Source of the DNA: Aggregatilineales bacterium
GTDB lineage: Bacteria; Chloroflexota; Anaerolineae; Aggregatilineales; Phototrophicaceae
Length of the DNA: 64,000 nucleotides
Direction: 5' to 3'
Assembly: GCA_044226325.1 (NCBI GenBank)
Contig: JBGAHG010000033.1
Span: 12,932-76,931, forward strand
Below are positions 9,004 to 18,173 of this stretch, one piece after another. Every line of letters starts with the position of its first letter. Within the stretch, counting starts at the first letter, position 1. The notes below the pieces were generated by a model that had not been told where the DNA came from, made no database searches, and worked only from the letters and a program-made list of their open reading frames with translations. The position numbers and the translations under genes are program-made.

Positions 9004-10518
9004 ATGTTTTCAGTTCCGAGTTTTGCTGATTTAAACATGTGGATGGCTGCGCCGGGCGTGGTGCTTGCGATAGGCGCTTGCTTGTTATTGTTGGTTGATG
9101 TGGTCTTTATCCCGCGCGACCGCAAAGTAGTGACGGCATTTTTGGCACTGGGCGTTATTGTTTTCAGCTTCGTAGTCAACCTTTTCACCTTCAATGAAAC
9201 GGGAACCGCCTTTTTAGGCATGTTCGCGGGGGACAGTTTCACAAGCATTGCTAACGTAGTCATTCTGGTTACGGGTTTCATCAGCATTCTCATGAGCATC
9301 GACTATCTCAAGCGCACAGGGATCGAACGCGGCGAATTTTATGCGCTGATCCTGTTTAGTTTGAGCGGTATGATGTTTATGGCAAGCGCTAACGATTTAG
9401 TGACCATCTTTGTGTCGCTGGAATTGTTGAGCATCCCGCTGTATGTTTTGGCTGCTTTCCGCGTGCCGGATGTGCGCTCGGAAGAAAGCGGCATGAAGTA
9501 TTTTATTCTCGGTGCTTTTGCTAGTGCCTTCTTCGTTTATGGTTCGGCTCTCGTTTTCGGCGCAACCGGATCGACCAGCCTACCCACAATTTTCACTGCC
9601 GTCCAACAAATTGTTGCGACTGGCGGTTCAGGTGCATTTCTACTGCTGCTCGGCTCCGGCCTGATTCTGGTAGGGCTGGGCTTTAAGGTGGCGGTCGTTC
9701 CCTTCCACATGTGGACGCCTGACGTTTATGAAGGTGCACCCACGCCCGTTACAGCCTTTATGAGTGTCGGTGCGAAGATCGGCGGTTTCGCTGCGCTCTT
9801 GCGTATCGTAACCATAGCTCTGCCCACCTTTGTTTTGAAGAGTGGTGAAACGACAGCCGCATGGCAGCAAACGTTCTGGTTGGTAGCAGCTGCAACACTG
9901 ATCCTTGGTAATTTTGTTGCTATCGCACAGACCAATATTAAACGTATGCTGGCCTATTCGTCGATTGCTCATGCCGGTTACATTATGATGGCCGTGGCTG
10001 CCGCTGGCTCGTCAGGTCTAGGCCTAGAAGCTATTCGTGCGGCACTGCTGTATTTGATTGCTTATATGTTTACGAACCTTGGCGCGTTTGGTGTCGCAAT
10101 GGCCGTTGAGAAAGACGATGGTAGCGGCACAACATTGGAAGATTTCGTTGGGCTTGCCAAGAGCCGTCCCGCTATGGCTTTTATGATGGCGGTTTTCATG
10201 CTCAGTTTGACCGGAATCCCGCTTACAGCCGGTTTCATCGGCAAGTGGTATGTGTTCCGTGCAGCACTTGAAGCCAACCTCATTCCCTTGGCTGTTATCG
10301 GTGTGCTGACGAGTGTCGTGAGCGCGTTTTATTATGTGCGTATTATCGTCAACATGTATCTGCGTGACGGCGATGGCGACAAAGCCGAAGGCGCAACCGA
10401 ATATGTCAATTGGGCGATTTATGTGGCTTTCGCTGGTACCATTATCATGGGCATCCTACCTTTCCTCGCGACCAATTTGACGGATAACCTGACCTTGGCG
10501 GCGACCGTCCTGAAATAA
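9004..10518 (+). CDS. nuoN: NADH-quinone oxidoreductase subunit N
   Basis: SLELLSIPLYVL, FKVAVVPFHMWTPDVYEGAPTP, KRMLAYSSIAHAG, GIPLTAGFIGK. Confidence 0.97.
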   Translation: MFSVPSFADLNMWMAAPGVVLAIGACLLLLVDVVFIPRDRKVVTAFLALGVIVFSFVVNLFTFNETGTAFLGMFAGDSFTSIANVVILVTGFISILMSIDYLKRTGIERGEFYALILFSLSGMMFMASANDLVTIFVSLELLSIPLYVLAAFRVPDVRSEESGMKYFILGAFASAFFVYGSALVFGATGSTSLPTIFTAVQQIVATGGSGAFLLLLGSGLILVGLGFKVAVVPFHMWTPDVYEGAPTPVTAFMSVGAKIGGFAALLRIVTIALPTFVLKSGETTAAWQQTFWLVAAATLILGNFVAIAQTNIKRMLAYSSIAHAGYIMMAVAAAGSSGLGLEAIRAALLYLIAYMFTNLGAFGVAMAVEKDDGSGTTLEDFVGLAKSRPAMAFMMAVFMLSLTGIPLTAGFIGKWYVFRAALEANLIPLAVIGVLTSVVSAFYYVRIIVNMYLRDGDGDKAEGATEYVNWAIYVAFAGTIIMGILPFLATNLTDNLTLAATVLK

Positions 10519-10542
10519 GCAGTTTGCTTAACTGATATTTGA

Positions 10543-10570
10543 GAAGGCGAGTAAAATCTCGCCTTTTTTT
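10543..10570 (+). terminator. Rho-independent terminator of the nuo operon
   Basis: AAGGCGAG-taaaat-CTCGCCTT followed by a T run. Confidence 0.85.
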
Positions 10571-10682
10571 ATTACTTTCTACGCGTATACTCCATACGGT
10601 CATCGCTCTTACAAAGATCTTGCTGGAGTTGTTCACATAAATATGTTTTGTAGTGACCGAATTTTAAAGAGAGTAGCCGCCT

Positions 10683-12191
10683 GTGATTGTGAATAAAATG
10701 GCATCAATTTCATTGCGCCGTACTTTGCTAATTATTCTGGTTGCGGCTGTGCCTGCTCTTACATGTATTTTGCTCATCAGCTCACAGGCAAATTTCCTAT
10801 CCTTCACCCCGACATGGAGCGATGAGATTTTTTATTGGCATAGCATTCTGACTTTTAAGATTGCTGGCCTTCAAGGTGGTTATTACACGATTAATGAAGC
10901 CAGGGCCGCGGCAGCCTTCACCCATTTTTATACCTACGGGCCTTGGTTTTCAATGATTTATGGAGTGATCGCTAAATTCACTGGCTGGGAACGCATTACA
11001 TTCATTTTGTTTAACATGGCTTTTGTGACTTCAGCTTTAGTCGTATTTTGCCGCGTGGCTCAATTGCGTGGACGCCAGTTGTTTATGCTTGCGCTTGCGA
11101 TTTCTACCTTCTGGTGTCTGATTACGTTTTTGCCGACTGCTATGCAGGAAGCCTTTCAACAAACTTTAGCAATTTTAATCGCGACGATAATGTATCGGGC
11201 TTTGACCAGGCGAGAGCAAATGGCTTGGCCTGAGTATGGTGCAAGCATCATGCTGTTGGTCATAGCGTCAGTACTTCGGATTTCCTGGGTGATTATGTTT
11301 TTCCCATTTGTATGGCTGACGGCTCGACCACGTCTACTTTGGCGCTTGCTGAGTGTTGCAGCCGCAGTCATTATTGTGGCAGTGATATATTATTGGGCGC
11401 AGTACACTGGATCTCCCGGCAATAATTCTGTTACGGCGGTACTGGGCAAATTCTCAATTTCGCTGGCCGATGGCTGGAACGCTTTCAGAGATTATTTCGG
11501 CAATAATCTCAACCGTTTCTTTGACATCAAAAAGAATCCACTGGATGTACTGCAAACAGTTCAGGTGCTTGCTTTAGCTGCCGGAGCATTACTGGTTACG
11601 GTTGTCCAGGCATTTCGCAAACAGTTCTCTATAGAATCCGCCTTCCATTTTTATAATCTTTTTGCTGTTGTCACAGCCGCTTGTGCGTTGTATATCATTG
11701 CCACGTGGGGCGATTATCGTGTGATTGGCGCACATTTAATGGTTAGCTTATTGTTGTTGATCGCTTATAAGCGCTATTTACCGATACAGTTGTTTGTAGC
11801 AGCAAACGTGTTGCTGATTCCGGCGTTTATTGGTTTTTTCCAACCGGAAGTCGTTTCTAAGTACCAATTTGATGTTGCGTCGATTGATAGTTTTCATCAA
11901 GCCTTTGAAGCAGTCGCCCCGTATGAACCGAATGCAACGAACGCTTGGTGCAACACGGTTGTATTTCCTGTTGAGGCGTTTAGCCCGTACTTGTTAGGCG
12001 TATCCGGTGGCATGGGATTGTCGTTTTTTTATGATACTGCCGTTCCTGCCTACCGTTCCCAATATGTAATCTTGAATCAGAGCAGCTATGATATTCTTCG
12101 GGCGAAAGACAATGCTCCTGATTTAGAAGCCATTCTCTCTACACCTGTAGGAATTCTTTATCGTAATCACACCTCTAACTGTACAAGCTAA
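10683..12191 (+). CDS. Polytopic membrane protein, possible GT-C fold glycosyltransferase
   Basis: About 11-12 hydrophobic segments; acidic WSDE motif after the first TM, as in GT-C enzymes; soluble C-terminal domain. Confidence 0.55.
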   Translation: MIVNKMASISLRRTLLIILVAAVPALTCILLISSQANFLSFTPTWSDEIFYWHSILTFKIAGLQGGYYTINEARAAAAFTHFYTYGPWFSMIYGVIAKFTGWERITFILFNMAFVTSALVVFCRVAQLRGRQLFMLALAISTFWCLITFLPTAMQEAFQQTLAILIATIMYRALTRREQMAWPEYGASIMLLVIASVLRISWVIMFFPFVWLTARPRLLWRLLSVAAAVIIVAVIYYWAQYTGSPGNNSVTAVLGKFSISLADGWNAFRDYFGNNLNRFFDIKKNPLDVLQTVQVLALAAGALLVTVVQAFRKQFSIESAFHFYNLFAVVTAACALYIIATWGDYRVIGAHLMVSLLLLIAYKRYLPIQLFVAANVLLIPAFIGFFQPEVVSKYQFDVASIDSFHQAFEAVAPYEPNATNAWCNTVVFPVEAFSPYLLGVSGGMGLSFFYDTAVPAYRSQYVILNQSSYDILRAKDNAPDLEAILSTPVGILYRNHTSNCTS

Positions 12192-12303
12192 GGTTAATTG
12201 TGAATTGTAACAGATTAAAGTATTGGCACTATTTGGTGCTGACTATATTGTGTTGTTCACCATATAGTTACCACGTTAATTATGGTCTCCAATTAGGAAC
12301 GTT

Positions 12304-13251
12304 ATGAGCCGCACACAACGTGATGGCCTACTGCTCATTCTAATCTCGGCAGCAGGATATTCATTTTTTGCTATATTCACGAAATTCATTTATGACCATA
12401 GCACCTTTGGTCCGCTGGATATTCTCGTCTGGCGCTTTATTGTCGCCACACCCGTTACATGGTTGGCAATGCTCTGGATGAAGCGTGGGCAAGCAGCTTC
12501 CCGCGCCAATTACATGCCCCGTGCCCGTTTGCTAGGTATGGGGTTGCTGTTTGGTGTGGTAGCGATGGTGGCCTTTTTCGCGGTTGAACGACTTCCGGTA
12601 TCGCTCTATACCGTTTTAATCTATACCTATCCTGCACTTGTAGCGATAGGCGCAATCCTATTTGGCGAGCGATTATCAGGTCGTGGCTGGGCTGCACTGG
12701 CGTTAATCCTATTCGGGGTTGTGCTGACGGTTCCTAACCTTTTTCAAGGGTTTGGTGGCGTTGATCCTGCTGGGGTACTGCTCGTGCTTATCAACGCGGC
12801 TTCTTACGCACTCTATATTTTATTGAGCAGCCGTACGCTGCGGGGTGTGACTGATCTGTCAACCGCCAGCGCATGGAGTATTACAGGTTCATTTATTTAT
12901 GTGGTCGCAGTAATTGTAATAAGAGCACTGCAACACGGTTCAACCACAATACCGCCGAATATAGATGTCTGGTTGGGTTTATTAGGTTTGGCCGTGGTCA
13001 GCACAGTAATTCCCATATTTACCTTTTACGCTGGGATGAATAGGCTGGGAGCGCCCCGTGCCGCTATAATTAGCATGATCGAACCGGTTTTGACATTGGT
13101 CTGGGCGGTCATCATTCGCCATGAAATTCTACAATTGGTTCAGATTGTGGGCGGAGCTTTCATTCTGATCAGCGTACTTTTGTTGCAGCTTCAACGCGAC
13201 TCATCGCCTCCAAAATCATTGATGGATGATCTACCATCGGTGTCCGGTTGA
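12304..13251 (+). CDS. EamA/DMT family transporter
   Basis: 10 TM with twofold repeat; YTYPALV, FGERL, GAPRAAIISMIEPV. Confidence 0.9.
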   Translation: MSRTQRDGLLLILISAAGYSFFAIFTKFIYDHSTFGPLDILVWRFIVATPVTWLAMLWMKRGQAASRANYMPRARLLGMGLLFGVVAMVAFFAVERLPVSLYTVLIYTYPALVAIGAILFGERLSGRGWAALALILFGVVLTVPNLFQGFGGVDPAGVLLVLINAASYALYILLSSRTLRGVTDLSTASAWSITGSFIYVVAVIVIRALQHGSTTIPPNIDVWLGLLGLAVVSTVIPIFTFYAGMNRLGAPRAAIISMIEPVLTLVWAVIIRHEILQLVQIVGGAFILISVLLLQLQRDSSPPKSLMDDLPSVSG

Positions 13252-14237
13252 GTTATACCAGTGGGCATGCCCAACGTGACGGTATGCTTTTAATTCTGGC
13301 GTCTGTAACCGGCTATTCGATGCTGCCCGTATTCATCAAAGCGCTTCAGGTCGCTGGACTTAATCCACTTGATATTGCCACTTGGCGTTTTGCCTTAGCT
13401 GCGCCCCTCTTCTGGTTGATGGTACGGGTGCTGCGTACACCTGTGAGTAGCAGATCTCTGCCGCGCTGGCGTTTATTGGCGATGGGAACCCTATTAGCGA
13501 TGGCTGCGGTGGCGACCTTTTGGGGATTTGAACGCATTCCAGCCGGTACTTTTGTTGTGTTGTTTTATACCTATCCGGCTATTGTCGCCATTCTTTCTGC
13601 CTTGATGGGAGAGCGTTTGCCACTTGTCGGCTGGGGCGCTCTCGTGCTGACCACTATTGGAATTGTTCTTACGGTACCCGATTTTGGACAGGGTATAGGT
13701 AATGATAATCTCGTTGGTGTGCTGCTAGCGCTATTTACGGCTTTCGTGGTCGCTATCTACTTTATATTGAGTGGGCGATTGCTCCGGGGGCACACAGCCT
13801 TAGGAGCTGCCAGTGCTTGGTCAGCCACAGGTGCATTACTCAGCTTAATTATTCTTATTCCGTTTCGCGCCGCGCAAGTGCAGGGAAACTTTTTGATCCA
13901 TCTTGGTGAAATTGCCTTTTCAATGCCTTTGTTGGCAGCGCAGCGTGCGAATGGTGCGGAATTGTGGTTGAGGTTGTTGGCGATTGCGACCGTTAGTACA
14001 GTGCTGGGCGGATTCTTTCTAACGGTAGGAATTCAAAAGATCGGTGCGGCCCGTGCTTCCATTATTGGCACAGTTGAACCTATACTGACCTTGATATTTG
14101 CGCGCGTATTTCTCGGCGAAGAAATGTTGCCTGTTCAACTGATAGGCGGAGTATTTATCGTAGCTAGCGTATTGCTGCTGCAATTAGGTAACCGGATCAA
14201 AATCCCTGAGCGTGAACAAACCATGAATATTAGCTAG
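13248..14237 (+). CDS. EamA/DMT family transporter (tandem paralog)
   Basis: YTYPAIV, MGERL, GAARASIIGTVEPI; TTG start overlaps the upstream TGA. Confidence 0.9.
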   Translation: MSYTSGHAQRDGMLLILASVTGYSMLPVFIKALQVAGLNPLDIATWRFALAAPLFWLMVRVLRTPVSSRSLPRWRLLAMGTLLAMAAVATFWGFERIPAGTFVVLFYTYPAIVAILSALMGERLPLVGWGALVLTTIGIVLTVPDFGQGIGNDNLVGVLLALFTAFVVAIYFILSGRLLRGHTALGAASAWSATGALLSLIILIPFRAAQVQGNFLIHLGEIAFSMPLLAAQRANGAELWLRLLAIATVSTVLGGFFLTVGIQKIGAARASIIGTVEPILTLIFARVFLGEEMLPVQLIGGVFIVASVLLLQLGNRIKIPEREQTMNIS

Positions 14238-14248
14238 TAGGCTTTGTA

Positions 14249-14794
14249 ATGAATGTTGTAATTGATACGCGTGTGTCTGCTCAAATGCGAGAAAGGCTGC
14301 TGGCAAATCGGCGCGGCAAGCTTCATAACGAACAATGGCGTGAAATAGTAATGGAGCCGTTGATCACGGTCTTGCTGCTCATGGTTCCTACCATCATCCT
14401 GCTGCGAAGTTTTTTGCTCACACTCTTTGTCGGCGGGTTGTGGATGGTTGGGGTAGGGGCATTGTTAGTGTCTGGCGTCATGTTGTTTATGCGTGCCAGA
14501 CGTTTCGCGCGTGTTCTCGTATATTTTGGCATACTCCGTGCGCCCGACAAATTGCCTTCCCGATGGATGTTCTGGAAACCAACCGTGTTTACGGCATTGG
14601 ATGGCACTTCTCTGCCCTTTAAGCATAGTCTGGCTCCAGACAAGCACTTTCAAGCGAATCAAGAGTATCTGGTTTATTACATAAAATCTGTCGAAGGATT
14701 AACATTACTCAGTTTTGCCCCAACCGATCATCTTGACAGTGACACTTGGCGGCCTTCGAAAGATTTCAAAACACCTTTCATTAAAGATCATTAG
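14249..14794 (+). CDS. Hypothetical membrane protein (2 TM plus soluble C-terminal domain)
   Basis: 181-aa ORF 11 bp downstream of the EamA pair. Confidence 0.7.
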   Translation: MNVVIDTRVSAQMRERLLANRRGKLHNEQWREIVMEPLITVLLLMVPTIILLRSFLLTLFVGGLWMVGVGALLVSGVMLFMRARRFARVLVYFGILRAPDKLPSRWMFWKPTVFTALDGTSLPFKHSLAPDKHFQANQEYLVYYIKSVEGLTLLSFAPTDHLDSDTWRPSKDFKTPFIKDH

Positions 14795-15428
14795 AATCTT
14801 CACAGTAACCAAATAACAATATTGAAATATTATACATAAAAACTAAATAGTAACGTTTGTCACGAATTTTAGAGTACAAAAATTGCGGTACAGTGAATAT
14901 ATATAACTAATCTTGTGTATGTTTAATTTATAAGATATAAAAATAAACTCTATACAATCTCTAATGCGGATAGTTTAGGTGTTCATTTTATGCGTAAATA
15001 CTGACTTAATTTGATCTTGTGCCTATAACATTGCCTATTACTTGACTTGTCGCTCAAGGATTTGTATGGATACCAATCTAAATATTTAGGATATTCTAAT
15101 CCGCCTTTATAAATTTTGTGTTTTAATGTGCAATGTAATGTAAATGAGATATATTGCCAGAAATAGGATGATTAAGGTCATATTAGTACCAATTTCGCTG
15201 CAAAATCCTTTACTTTTTATCTCACTTATATGGTACAATATTTCAAATGATATTAAGTGTGATGTTGTACTTGCGATTTACAGCATGATTGTCGATAATA
15301 TCATCACTTAACTTTTCTCTTACTGAGTAGTGGATTACAGGTTTATTCCTATACTACTATTTATGGAGATAAAGTAAACATTTAAAAACTTGTACATCGC
15401 GCTTTACGCAGTAAATTATCAGGTACGA

Positions 15429-15767
15429 ATGGAAAGTAAGCTGGTTCTCCAATCAATTGATGCCAATCCTTCGAGTGTGCAAGTCTCCCTATTAACCACC
15501 GATGGCTTTGTTTTGGGACGATCCGACAGTCGAAGTAGCTTTATTCCGGATATTGATCTGGCAGATTTTAAGGCTCTCGAAAAAGGTGTTTCGCGACGTC
15601 ATGCGGTGATCGTCCACTATCAAGAAAAACCTCATATATTGGATCTAAATTCAATTAATGGAACTTTTCTTAACGGCAAACGCCTGAAGCCTGACAACCC
15701 CTATATGATTACTTCTGGAGATCAACTCGGTTTGGGGGATCTCCTTCTTAGCGTTGCTTTTGAATAA
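15429..15767 (+). CDS. FHA domain protein
   Basis: LGR, GVSRRHA and DLNSINGTFLNG FHA signatures; ATG 15429 after AGGTA. Confidence 0.9.
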   Translation: MESKLVLQSIDANPSSVQVSLLTTDGFVLGRSDSRSSFIPDIDLADFKALEKGVSRRHAVIVHYQEKPHILDLNSINGTFLNGKRLKPDNPYMITSGDQLGLGDLLLSVAFE

Positions 15768-15824
15768 TGTTTTTTTCTGTGGTTACTTCTTAATTTGGTA
15801 TGTAGAAGGAAATGAGACTGAGGT

Positions 15825-16271
15825 ATGAGCGATACGAAAAATCAAGCTTTACGGTTTGCGGGTTCAATCTGGTGCAACCTTGACATCGCATTGCGAAATT
15901 TGGACCAGGTTTATGGACAGGTTATCGAACCGCTAGGCTTAACTGTGATTGAATGGTATATCCTGCGTTCACTTTACGACCAGGATGGGCAACATGCTTC
16001 CGAGCTAGCCCGTGCCGTTGGAAGAGCTGCGACGTCTTTTACCCCTATTTTGGACAAACTCCAGAATAAGGATATGATTGAACGTCGGCCAGATGCATCT
16101 GACCGTCGTGCTGTTCGCATATACTTGACCAAAAAAGGGAACAGCCACCGCGAGCAGGTTATGGCAAGCGCTGAGCAGGTTGATGCCCGAATCCGTAAGT
16201 CGGTTTCGTCAGGTGATTTCAAAGGTTTCCAGAGCGTTCTGGCAAATCTGCAATCAATGCCAATCGAATAA
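15825..16271 (+). CDS. MarR family transcriptional regulator
   Basis: GLTVIEWYIL...ASELARAVG...LDKLQNKDMIERRPDASDRRAVRIYLT winged helix. Confidence 0.92.
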   Translation: MSDTKNQALRFAGSIWCNLDIALRNLDQVYGQVIEPLGLTVIEWYILRSLYDQDGQHASELARAVGRAATSFTPILDKLQNKDMIERRPDASDRRAVRIYLTKKGNSHREQVMASAEQVDARIRKSVSSGDFKGFQSVLANLQSMPIE

Positions 16272-16297
16272 TCAACGAACCAGAATAGCCATTTAAG

Positions 16298-16329
16298 CAA
16301 GGGCAGATCATTTATGACTGCCTTGTTTT
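16298..16329. terminator. Hairpin between convergent marR and macro-domain genes
   Basis: caAGGGCAG...CTGCCTTG followed by TTTT. Confidence 0.5.
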
Positions 16330-16906
16330 ATATTTGTTTCATTGTGTCCGCATGTAATCGGGTCAATTTGTTTAAGACGTGCGTATAAGCTTCGATACTT
16401 TGCTCATTGAACAAAACGAATCGCACGCAATCAAAAGCCTCATGCTCAGTGATATAGTCGATTATCGTTTTTAATGCGATAGGTGCGGCCTCTTCTAGTG
16501 GATAGCCATACGCCCCTGTACTGATAGAAGGGAACGCGATTGTCCGGACACGATTTGCTTCAGCGACTTCGAGGCTGCGTCGGTACGCACTTGCAAGTTG
16601 CTGGGGTACAAGTGCATCACGCGCTTGGTATATCGGCCCGACCGTATGGATAACATACCGCGCTTTCAACTTGTATCCGCGTGTTATTTTGGCGTCACCT
16701 GTTTGGCAGCCGTCGAGCTGGCGTGTTTCTGCCAGCAGTTCCGGCCCCGCTGCCCTATGGATAGCACCGTCTACACCGCCACCGCCTAAGAGAGATGAAT
16801 TGGCAGCATTTACAATAGCATCCACATCTTGCTTGGTAATATCCCCATCTATCAACTCGATGATAGTATGCTTTATTTGCACGCGAAAGTTTATGTGTGG
16901 CATCAT
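16328..16906 (-). CDS. Macro domain protein, O-acetyl-ADP-ribose deacetylase (YmdB-like)
   Basis: GDIT, DAIVNAAN, GGGGVDGAIHRAAG, VIHTVGP, FPSISTGAYGYP. Confidence 0.92.
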   Translation of the reverse strand: MMPHINFRVQIKHTIIELIDGDITKQDVDAIVNAANSSLLGGGGVDGAIHRAAGPELLAETRQLDGCQTGDAKITRGYKLKARYVIHTVGPIYQARDALVPQQLASAYRRSLEVAEANRVRTIAFPSISTGAYGYPLEEAAPIALKTIIDYITEHEAFDCVRFVLFNEQSIEAYTHVLNKLTRLHADTMKQI

Positions 16907-17043
16907 ATAATATCTCATAATGTCCCTTAGAAGCTGCTAGTGTAAAATAATTAATCGGAACTTGCAAAACTCTTAACATTGAAGTGCGTTTTGTGACTTT
17001 CTTAACATATCTACTAGTCGTTTCTTAACATTTAGGAGAAAAA

Positions 17044-17529
17044 ATGGAGTCGTTGACACCGCATCACGTACAAAAAACCTTGGATACTTTTGATCTTGGT
17101 ATTCAAATACGCTTTTTCGAAAACTCGACGGCTACCTCACAATTAGCTGCTGATGAGATTGGTTGTGAGCTGGGACAGATAGCCAAAAGTATTTGTTTTA
17201 TCGTCGACGATAAACCGGTTGTGGTTATTACTAGCGGTGATCAACGTGTAGATGATCGCAAGATTGCAGCTTTACTTGGGATTTCGCGTAAACAGGTCAA
17301 GTTCGCAACACCCGACCAGTGCATAAACCTCATTGGTTATGCGCCGGGTGGTGTACCGCCTTTGGCCCATCGAACGCAGCCGCGTGCCGTATATCTGGAT
17401 GACTCGCTCAAGCGCTATCAACAGATTTACCCGGCAGGTGGAGCCAGCAATGCCATTTTCGGTGTGACGTTGGACCAGTTGGCGACCATCACGGGTGGCA
17501 CCTTTGTCGATGTGCGCCGCGAAGGCTAA
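17044..17529 (+). CDS. YbaK/EbsC family aminoacyl-tRNA deacylase
   Basis: QIAKSI, GYAPGGVPP, AGG motifs. Confidence 0.9.
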   Translation: MESLTPHHVQKTLDTFDLGIQIRFFENSTATSQLAADEIGCELGQIAKSICFIVDDKPVVVITSGDQRVDDRKIAALLGISRKQVKFATPDQCINLIGYAPGGVPPLAHRTQPRAVYLDDSLKRYQQIYPAGGASNAIFGVTLDQLATITGGTFVDVRREG

Positions 17530-17687
17530 TACCTCAAATCTCTATAATGTGAATATTTGATGCTTGTAATAGTAGACAGATTACAGGCATCACTACTCCC
17601 TGCGATACACCGGCAGTAAAGTAACATCAGATGTATTGAATCACGCCCCAATCCGGCGCGAAGTTATTGCCATTGAGGGGAGAATTT

Positions 17688-18167
17688 ATGGCTACTCAGT
17701 TACAAACCAAAGTGGATGATTTTCTGTCCCAGAAGCGAATTGCGATTGCAGGTGTATCGCATACCAATGCTAACAATACGGCCAATGCCATCTATCGTCG
17801 CTTCCGCGATGCAGGTTACGAAGTTTTTCCCGTGAACCCCAACGCTGAAACTGTCGAAGGCACAACCTGCTACAAGCATTTGAAGGACATCCCGGGTCAT
17901 GTCGATGGCGTCGTCATTGTGACTCGTGCCGATGTGACCGAATCCGTTGTTCACGATTGCACTGATGCCGGAGTGACCCGCGTCTGGATGCACGGTGGCG
18001 TACATGGGCCGGGCAGCAGCGTATCAGACAGTGCTGTCACCTATTGCAAGGATCACAATATTTCGGTGATTGCGGGCGCTTGCCCATTGATGTGGGGGCA
18101 AACATCAGACGGCTTCCACCGCCTGATCAGAGGCGTATTTGGCATGATGGGGCGCTTGCCAAATTAA
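17688..18167 (+). CDS. CoA-binding protein
   Basis: IAIAGVS, GYEVFPVNP, VWMH, GACPLM. Confidence 0.88.
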   Translation: MATQLQTKVDDFLSQKRIAIAGVSHTNANNTANAIYRRFRDAGYEVFPVNPNAETVEGTTCYKHLKDIPGHVDGVVIVTRADVTESVVHDCTDAGVTRVWMHGGVHGPGSSVSDSAVTYCKDHNISVIAGACPLMWGQTSDGFHRLIRGVFGMMGRLPN

Positions 18168-18173
18168 TGGCAG

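Noticed and set aside
14795-15428. Replication origin
   Set aside because: AT-rich, but I saw no TTATCCACA-like DnaA box cluster and no dnaA/dnaN context.
15429-15767. FHA protein as the reader of the RLTDDGEL phospho-tail
   Set aside because: It is 34 kb away, and the pT+3 residue is Gly rather than the Asp/Ile/Leu usually preferred by FHA domains.
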